From an uncultured cyanobacterium (GTDB taxonomy: Bacteria; Cyanobacteriota; Cyanobacteriia; Pseudanabaenales; Pseudanabaenaceae): a stretch of 64,000 bases of DNA. Made by a program: the position numbers and the translations under genes. The stretch's first letter is position 1. The number at the start of each line of letters is the position of its first letter. The notes beneath the pieces were generated by a model. It was not told the DNA's origin. It saw nothing but the letters and a program-made list of their open reading frames with translations, and made no database searches. Positions 57,829 through 64,000 of the stretch are shown here, one piece after another. The stretch spans positions 1,920,001 to 1,984,000 of the forward strand of contig OY969811.1 of NCBI GenBank assembly GCA_963703315.1, given 5' to 3'.

Positions 57829-58899
57829 ATGAGAATAGCCCAAGTTTCACCACTATGGGAACAGGTTCCTCCCCCCGCTTATGGCGGCACTGAACTTGTA
57901 GTCAGTTTACTCACCGAAGAACTAGTCAAGCGTGGTCATGAGGTCACTCTATTTGCTTCGGGAGACTCCACAACTGCTGCCAAATTAGAATCTGTACATC
58001 CCAGAGCTTTACGTTTAGATACTAATGTTACAGATCCAAATATCTACGATATGCTCAATATGAGCCGAGTCTATGAGAATGCGGATCAATTTGATATTAT
58101 TCATTCCCATGTTGGTTGTGTGGCATTACCTTATGCGAATTTAGTCAAAACACCTACAGCTCATACATTACATGGCATCTTCACACCTGACAATGAGAAA
58201 CTATTTACTCATGTACGGAAGCAACCCTTCATCAGTATTTCTAATTCTCAAAGGGATACAAGATTAGGCTTAAACTATGTAGCCACAATTTATAACGGTA
58301 TTGATCCTAATACCTATAGCTTTTATCCTCAGCCAGAACATCCACCGTATCTGGCTTTTTTGGGTCGAATATCGCCTGAAAAGGGAGCGCATTTAGCGAT
58401 CGAGATTGCGAAACGTTCGGGATGGCATCTGAAGATGGCTGGAAAAGTTGACGCTGTGGACGTGGAATATTTTGAAACTCAAATTCGCCCCCATATTGAT
58501 GGCGAACAAATCGAATTCCTCGGTGAAGCTAATCATCAACAAAAAAGTATTCTTATGGGTGGAGCTGTTGCTACGCTCTTCCCAATTACATGGAAGGAAC
58601 CTTTTGGACTGGTGATGATTGAATCAATGGTCACAGGTACGCCTGTAATCGCCATGAGTTTAGGCTCTGCACCTGAAGTGATTGCTCATGGAGTAAGTGG
58701 GTTTCTCTGCCAGAACGTCACTGAATGTGTAGATGCGATCGCCCCTGCTACCCAGTTAGATCGGCGTGCTTGTCGCGATCATGTCCTGATGAATTTCACT
58801 GCGAAACGAATGGCAGATGGCTATGAAGCGGTGTATCAGAAGATTTTGGGAGAGAAATATTCTCGAAATGGACAAAAGCGCGATTTGGTAATGCAATAG
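57829..58899 (+). CDS. Glycosyltransferase family 4
   Basis: MRIAQVSPLWE.VPP..YGGTE, FLGRISPEKG, EPFGLVMIE; AGGAG RBS before ATG 57829. Confidence 0.93.
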   Translation: MRIAQVSPLWEQVPPPAYGGTELVVSLLTEELVKRGHEVTLFASGDSTTAAKLESVHPRALRLDTNVTDPNIYDMLNMSRVYENADQFDIIHSHVGCVALPYANLVKTPTAHTLHGIFTPDNEKLFTHVRKQPFISISNSQRDTRLGLNYVATIYNGIDPNTYSFYPQPEHPPYLAFLGRISPEKGAHLAIEIAKRSGWHLKMAGKVDAVDVEYFETQIRPHIDGEQIEFLGEANHQQKSILMGGAVATLFPITWKEPFGLVMIESMVTGTPVIAMSLGSAPEVIAHGVSGFLCQNVTECVDAIAPATQLDRRACRDHVLMNFTAKRMADGYEAVYQKILGEKYSRNGQKRDLVMQ

Positions 58900-59052
58900 C
58901 CCTCACCCCCTATTCCCGTCTCCTAATGGGAGATGGGGCGTAGGAAAATTTTTCCCTTCTCCCATTAGTTGCTCAAGATCCCCCCAGCCCCCCCTTAAAA
59001 AGGGGGGAGAATTATCTTCTTCCCCCTTTTTAAGGGGGATTGAGGGGGATCT
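58899..59052. repeat. Cluster of REP-like C/G-run palindromes
   Basis: CCTCACCCCC..GGGAGATGGGG and GATCCCCCCAGCCCCCCTTAAAAAGGGGGGAG...AGGGGGATC. Confidence 0.7.
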
Positions 59053-59126
59053 ACACTCTCAAACATAGATAGAGGAGCTAGAGGAGCTAAAAGAGAGGGA
59101 CTGAATAATAAAAAAGGAGAAATATT

Positions 59127-60422
59127 ATGTTGAGTTTAAATAGACAGGCGATCGCCCTCATTTCTGACCATGCTGATCCTGCGGCGGATGTGGGATGCGA
59201 AGAAGCAGGTGGACAAAATGTATATGTGCGCCATGTGGGCGAAACCCTTGCAGCACTCGGTTGGCAAGTGGATATGTTTACGCGCAAAGTTCATGCTAGT
59301 GATGAGGCGATCGTGCAGCATTCACCGCATTGTCGAACAATCCGACTTAAAGCAGGAGCAGAAGCCTATATTCCTAGAGATAGATTATTTGAACATATGC
59401 CAGAGTTTGTGCATTCATTTCAATCTTTTCAAAGGACTCAGGGCATAAATTATCCCTTAATCCATACAAATTATTGGCTATCGGCTTGGGCTGGGCTGGA
59501 ATTACAAAAAACTAGCGGTATCCAATTGGTGCATACCTATCACTCTTTAGGAGCCGTGAAATATCAAGCTCTGGCGGAGATTCCACAAGTTGCCAATACT
59601 CGTCTCAGGGTTGAGCGAGAGATTTTAGAACGCGCTAATTGTGTGGTGGCAACTAGTCCTCAAGAACAGGAAACTTTGCGATCGCTTGTGTCAACTCGTG
59701 GACAAATTGAAGTTATTCCTTGCGGAACAGATACCAACAACTTTCGGATGACATCAAAGGCTCATGCTCGTAGCAAATTGAAATTAGGTATCCATGAGAA
59801 AGTGATTCTTTATGTTGGTAGATTTGATGAACGGAAAGGGATTGAGACTTTGGTGAGAGCCTTCGCAATCCTAAAGAAACATGATCTGCAAAATCTCAAA
59901 CTGATTATTGTTGGCGGTAGTTCTGCAAATATGCCCGATGGTGATGAGAGGAAAAGAATTGAACATATTGTTTCTGAACTAGGGCTAACCAATGCTACGG
60001 TTTTTGCGGGTCGAATTGGGCATGATATTTTACCGCTTTACTATACTGCGGCTGATGTTTGCGTGATTCCCAGTTACTATGAACCCTTTGGCTTAGTGGC
60101 GATCGAGGCAATGGCTTGTGGTGTGCCTGTGGTTGCCTCGAATGTGGGTGGCTTGAAGTTCACGATCATTCCTGAAGAAACGGGTCTATTAGTTGAGCCA
60201 AAAGATGTCGAAGCTTTTGCTAATGGTATTCATCGGATTCTCTTTGATGAGTTATGGGTGCGAAAAATGCGGAAGCAAGCATCGGCAAATGTGAATCAGC
60301 GATTTAGTTGGGCAGGAGTCACGATTCAACTGAGTGAACTCTATCGTCATGTATTAGCGCGATCGATTATGCATGAACAAGCTTGGAGTTACAAGATGCC
60401 AAGCATCAATAGATCTGCATAG
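59127..60422 (+). CDS. Glycosyltransferase family 4 (MshA/sucrose-phosphate-synthase-like)
   Basis: EAGGQNVYV, IHTNYWLS, HTYHSLG, YVGRFD.RKG, YEPFGLVAIEAMACG. Confidence 0.92.
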   Translation: MLSLNRQAIALISDHADPAADVGCEEAGGQNVYVRHVGETLAALGWQVDMFTRKVHASDEAIVQHSPHCRTIRLKAGAEAYIPRDRLFEHMPEFVHSFQSFQRTQGINYPLIHTNYWLSAWAGLELQKTSGIQLVHTYHSLGAVKYQALAEIPQVANTRLRVEREILERANCVVATSPQEQETLRSLVSTRGQIEVIPCGTDTNNFRMTSKAHARSKLKLGIHEKVILYVGRFDERKGIETLVRAFAILKKHDLQNLKLIIVGGSSANMPDGDERKRIEHIVSELGLTNATVFAGRIGHDILPLYYTAADVCVIPSYYEPFGLVAIEAMACGVPVVASNVGGLKFTIIPEETGLLVEPKDVEAFANGIHRILFDELWVRKMRKQASANVNQRFSWAGVTIQLSELYRHVLARSIMHEQAWSYKMPSINRSA

Positions 60423-60431
60423 AATGAAACC

Positions 60432-60611
60432 GTAGGGGCAGAGCATTCCCACCACAATCTGTAAATCCTAGATAATCTTCTTTTGGGAATGCTCTGCCAA
60501 AACCTCGCAACAGAGGGAAAAATTATCTATAAAAGCACAGAGGGCTGAGCATTTGCGGATCGAGATTTCTGTAACGGGTTCAAATTTGTGACGCAAATGC
60601 TCAGCCCCTAC
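60432..60611. repeat. GTAG-type REP doublet (REPIN-like), copy 2
   Basis: GTAGGGGCAGAGCATTCCC...GGGAATGCTCTGCC...GGGCTGAGCATTTGCG...CGCAAATGCTCAGCCCCTAC. Confidence 0.8.
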
Positions 60612-60650
60612 GGTCTTAATGCAATAAATCGTGATATTAACAGTAACCCA

Positions 60651-61319
60651 ATGAGAAACAAATTAATATACCGTTTTATTCTATTTTTAGTAGCTTTAAG
60701 CGTATTTACAGGTTGTGCTTTTAGCTTGAATGGAACTAGAGGATCGGGAGTTTTAAAAACTGAGGTTAGAGAAGTGAAGACCTTTTCAACGATCTCTTTT
60801 AAATCTGTTGGCAAGCTCAAAATCCAACAGACAGGTAAAGAATCTCTCACAATTATTGCTGATGAGAATATTTTGCCAATCCTAGAGAGTCGAGTGTCTG
60901 AACAAACCTTGTATATTAACAATGTGAACTCTTCCAGTATTGATCCGACTAATCCCATTGAATTTATTGTCGAAGTGAAGAATCTGGAGAATTTATACAC
61001 TAAGGCAGTTGGTAGTATCGAAGTTAAGGATATTCAAGGAAAAAGGTTATCGATTTCCCTTGATGGTGTCGGTAGTATGGCGATCGCGGGAAATGTGGAT
61101 GTATTGGATCTCAACCTTTCTGGAGTCGGTAACTTTAATGGTGAAGAGTTGAAGGCAAAGCAGGCTACGGTTCGCAATAAAGGTGTAGGCAGTGCGGTGG
61201 TTAATGTGAGTGAGCAGTTAGAGGCATCTGTATCAGGTATAGGAGCGATCGAATATATCGGTTCTCCTCAAGTTCAAGAATCTATGAAAGGAATGGGAGA
61301 GATTAAAAAAAGAAGCTAA
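60651..61319 (+). CDS. DUF2807/GIN-domain lipoprotein
   Basis: Lipobox FTGC; GSG..KTE.R; repeated GVGS/GVGN; I.Y.GSP; track start 60588 lies inside the REP so ATG 60651 preferred. Confidence 0.85.
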   Translation: MRNKLIYRFILFLVALSVFTGCAFSLNGTRGSGVLKTEVREVKTFSTISFKSVGKLKIQQTGKESLTIIADENILPILESRVSEQTLYINNVNSSSIDPTNPIEFIVEVKNLENLYTKAVGSIEVKDIQGKRLSISLDGVGSMAIAGNVDVLDLNLSGVGNFNGEELKAKQATVRNKGVGSAVVNVSEQLEASVSGIGAIEYIGSPQVQESMKGMGEIKKRS

Positions 61320-61331
61320 CAATAATCTGTT

Positions 61332-61928
61332 ATGAATAAATTAAAACTTTCTGGTCTACTATTCTTTCTTGCTGGCTCATTTGCTTTGATGGGCATCATC
61401 ACTGCCGAAGCATTGTATCCATCAGGCACTGGTTACACAACTTTTCACAGCGAAATCAGCGATCTTGGTGCAACTAGACCGCCCAACAGCATAATCTATC
61501 AGCCGTCTTCGAGCATTTTTAATACCACAATGCTGTTATCTGGGTTAATGACTTTAACCGCAACATTTTATCAGCATAGATATTTCAGAAAATTGCTTGT
61601 CAGCATTCCACTTGGTCTATTTGGTTTGGGTTTGGTGGGTATTGGAATTTTTTCTGGTGACAAAACTCCGTATCATGGAGTGTTTGCAATGCTTACATTT
61701 TTATCTGGTGGATTTTCAGCGATCGCCTCTGCCAAAATTGCTTCAGCACCTTTCAAATATATTGGGATTCTACTTGGTTCAGTTGCATTACTTACTTGGT
61801 TCGCTGCCGTGTTTGTCCCCACCATTATTTTTCCTTATATCGGCATTGGCGGAACAGAAAGATGGATAGTTTATTCACTTGTATTATGGTTAACAGGTTT
61901 AGGTGGTTATTTGATGAATAAACAATAA
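61332..61928 (+). CDS. DUF998-like membrane protein
   Basis: ISDLG, G.G.F, H...A...F, GG.ER. Confidence 0.75.
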   Translation: MNKLKLSGLLFFLAGSFALMGIITAEALYPSGTGYTTFHSEISDLGATRPPNSIIYQPSSSIFNTTMLLSGLMTLTATFYQHRYFRKLLVSIPLGLFGLGLVGIGIFSGDKTPYHGVFAMLTFLSGGFSAIASAKIASAPFKYIGILLGSVALLTWFAAVFVPTIIFPYIGIGGTERWIVYSLVLWLTGLGGYLMNKQ

Positions 61929-61943
61929 TTCAAAAATAAAACA

Positions 61944-62522
61944 ATGAAAAAAATACTAATTATCAATGGGCATCCAGACAAGGAGAGTTTTTGTTTTGCA
62001 CTCGCAGAAAGCTATAAAAAAGGTGCAGACTCATCTGGAGTAGATTGCAAATTAGTGCATCTAATTGATTTAGATTTCAATCTCATTTTGACTTTTGGAT
62101 ACAGAATAATAAGCGAGTTAGAACCTGATTTAGTAAAAATGCAACAAGAGATTCTTGCCGCAGACCATTTAGTTTTGGTTTATCCGAATTGGTGGGCAAC
62201 TTTTCCTGCAATTCTAAAAGGATTTATCGATAGGGTTTTTGTGCCTAATTTTGCCTTCAAATATCGTGAAAACTCTCCATTTTGGGACAAATTATTAATA
62301 GGGAAAACCGCGAGAATGATTGTCACGATGGATACGCCAAATTGGTATTACTTCTTGATGAATATAAATGCTGGACATAATGCAATGAGAATTGGCGTAT
62401 TAGAATTTTGCGGTATAAAACCCGTAAAAATTACCTCATTTGCTCCCGTAAAATCATCTGATGAAGTAAAAAGAAAAAAATGGTTGGCTGAAGTTGAGAA
62501 ATTAGGAAAAGAGCAAAAGTGA
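61944..62522 (+). CDS. NAD(P)H-dependent oxidoreductase (flavodoxin-like, MdaB/KefF family)
   Basis: INGHP...SF, ADHLV..YP.WW...PA.LKGFIDRVF. Confidence 0.92.
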   Translation: MKKILIINGHPDKESFCFALAESYKKGADSSGVDCKLVHLIDLDFNLILTFGYRIISELEPDLVKMQQEILAADHLVLVYPNWWATFPAILKGFIDRVFVPNFAFKYRENSPFWDKLLIGKTARMIVTMDTPNWYYFLMNINAGHNAMRIGVLEFCGIKPVKITSFAPVKSSDEVKRKKWLAEVEKLGKEQK

Positions 62523-63382
62523 AAATCACCAATCAAAAAAGGCGATCGCTAAAGCAAATCGGATTTTTTTTGCTTTATACTTTTTCGATAACTTGGCTAT
62601 CTTGGCTGATCATTATCATCGGGAATAAATATTTTAATTTCCTTTTGTATGGTGAGCCTTTATTCTGGATACCATACATAATCGGTGGGTTAGCTCCAGC
62701 TATTAGTTCTTATATTATCTATCGACAGTTCAATGAAGATTTCATTCCAGAATTTTTTATTAAGTATATCTTTTGTAAAAAAGTCGATAGAAAAGCATGG
62801 CTAATATTTGGATTATTTACAATTTGGCGTTTATTGATGATTTGGATTGCTTTTGGCATTAATAGACCTATCTCAATACTCTCGATAATTATTAATTTAC
62901 CACTGCTCATTCTTTTAGGTGGATTAGAAGAATTAGGTTGGCGCGGAATTTTGCAGCCTCAATTAGAAAAGATAATTAATTATTTGCCCTCAATCCTTGT
63001 AGCAGGGACTATATGGAGTGTTTGGCATTTGCCGCTATGGATGATAAAAGGCACAGTCCAAAGTTCATTTCCCTTTGGATTATATTTGTTTTCAGGAATA
63101 ATTTTAACTGCTAGTTTTACAACTCTTTATAAATACACAAACAACTTATTCCTTTGTGTCTTAAGTCATGCTTGGTTTAATGGATGCATTGGATTAGCTC
63201 TATATGTCGGCAATAATGGAACCTTACAGCTAGATTTGAATTGGAAAGTAATTGTAGTTTTTTTCCTTGAGCTAATAGCCTCTATCTGTTTAGGAATTGC
63301 CTACAGCCGTAAGCCCCCCCTTATGTTAAACAATAATTTCAAACCCAGAAAAAGAACTTCACTTAATAACAATCATGAATAA
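62519..63382 (+). CDS. CPBP (Abi/CAAX) family intramembrane metalloprotease
   Basis: EELGWRG, W..WHLP, H...N. Confidence 0.9.
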   Translation: MKITNQKRRSLKQIGFFLLYTFSITWLSWLIIIIGNKYFNFLLYGEPLFWIPYIIGGLAPAISSYIIYRQFNEDFIPEFFIKYIFCKKVDRKAWLIFGLFTIWRLLMIWIAFGINRPISILSIIINLPLLILLGGLEELGWRGILQPQLEKIINYLPSILVAGTIWSVWHLPLWMIKGTVQSSFPFGLYLFSGIILTASFTTLYKYTNNLFLCVLSHAWFNGCIGLALYVGNNGTLQLDLNWKVIVVFFLELIASICLGIAYSRKPPLMLNNNFKPRKRTSLNNNHE

Positions 63383-64000
63383 CAGCGACCCAGAGAACCA
63401 TTCACCATTAAAATTCTTTCTACTTGTTTTTGGACTTTCTATCCCTTTATGGATAATTGAAACAAGAATTGACGTAAAAGGGTTGCCGTTAGATATTCCT
63501 ATAACAGACATTTTAGCTGCATTTACACCAACGATTGCTGCTAGCATTCTCGTTTATAAAGAAGAAAAACTGATTGGTGTTAAAAAACTGTTTAAGAGGA
63601 TTTTAGATTTTCCAAGAATCACAAAAAAGATATGGTACTTGCCGATCGCTTTGCTACCATTTTTAATATATTTATTGATATACATAGTAATTCACCTCAT
63701 CGGATTACCGCTCCCAATCAATTTTTACATCCCTTTTCTTTCTATCCCTTTTCTCTTTTGTTTGTTTTTTCTCGGATCTGCGGCAGAAGAAACTGGCTAT
63801 ATGGGTTATGCGATCGCACCTATGCAAGAACGGTTTGGCGCTTTATCAGCAAGTATCCTTATCGGTATACCTTGGGCGGTGTGGCATTACCCATCAATAA
63901 TTCAACAAGGACATAATCTAACTTGGATAGCTTGGGCAACTCTTGGTACTGTTGCAGTGAGAGTTCTAATTGTTTGGATTTATAACAACACAGGAGAAAG
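63375..64000 (+). CDS. Second CPBP family protease (partial, runs off right edge)
   Basis: Not in track; manual translation MNNSDPENHSPLKFF...AEETGYMG...WAVWHYP...IYNNTG open to the window end. Confidence 0.85.
   Translation, partial: MNNSDPENHSPLKFFLLVFGLSIPLWIIETRIDVKGLPLDIPITDILAAFTPTIAASILVYKEEKLIGVKKLFKRILDFPRITKKIWYLPIALLPFLIYLLIYIVIHLIGLPLPINFYIPFLSIPFLFCLFFLGSAAEETGYMGYAIAPMQERFGALSASILIGIPWAVWHYPSIIQQGHNLTWIAWATLGTVAVRVLIVWIYNNTGE

Noticed and set aside
1..64000. High frequency of GCGATCGC
   Set aside because: Well-known cyanobacterial HIP1; used only as a taxonomic and acquisition marker

Overview
Cyanobacterial chromosomal window: the HIP1 octamer GCGATCGC is very frequent, and gene content plus intergenic palindromes suggest a Pseudanabaena-like genome (inference). 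1-18 kb is mostly housekeeping and envelope genes (trpC, tRNA-His, amidase, GT9, pentapeptide proteins). It also holds two genes resembling contractile-injection-system/phage-tail components, one of which shows an unannotated G/GT-type -1 frameshift. 18.6-32.4 kb is an apparent purine-to-nitrogen catabolic island: GntR, M20 amidohydrolase, 8-oxoguanine-deaminase family enzyme, ABC transporter, porin, uraH, uraD, puuE and hpxO. It unexpectedly also includes a cyanuric-acid-hydrolase-type (AtzD) enzyme and a stand-alone allophanate-hydrolase-C/GGCT-like protein. A palindromic operator TGTATACWGTATACA and NtcA boxes can be read from the sequence and recur at an NCS2 permease 22 kb away. 36-54 kb is an RppAB/heavy-metal RND efflux module interleaved with a 2168-aa repeat-array KAP NTPase and a toxin/regulator cassette (barnase-barstar-like, PadR, cupin). 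55-64 kb has GT4 enzymes and an AT-rich membrane-protein operon. Intergenic DNA is dense in REP/MITE-like palindromes. All family calls are by motif recognition only; no searches were run.
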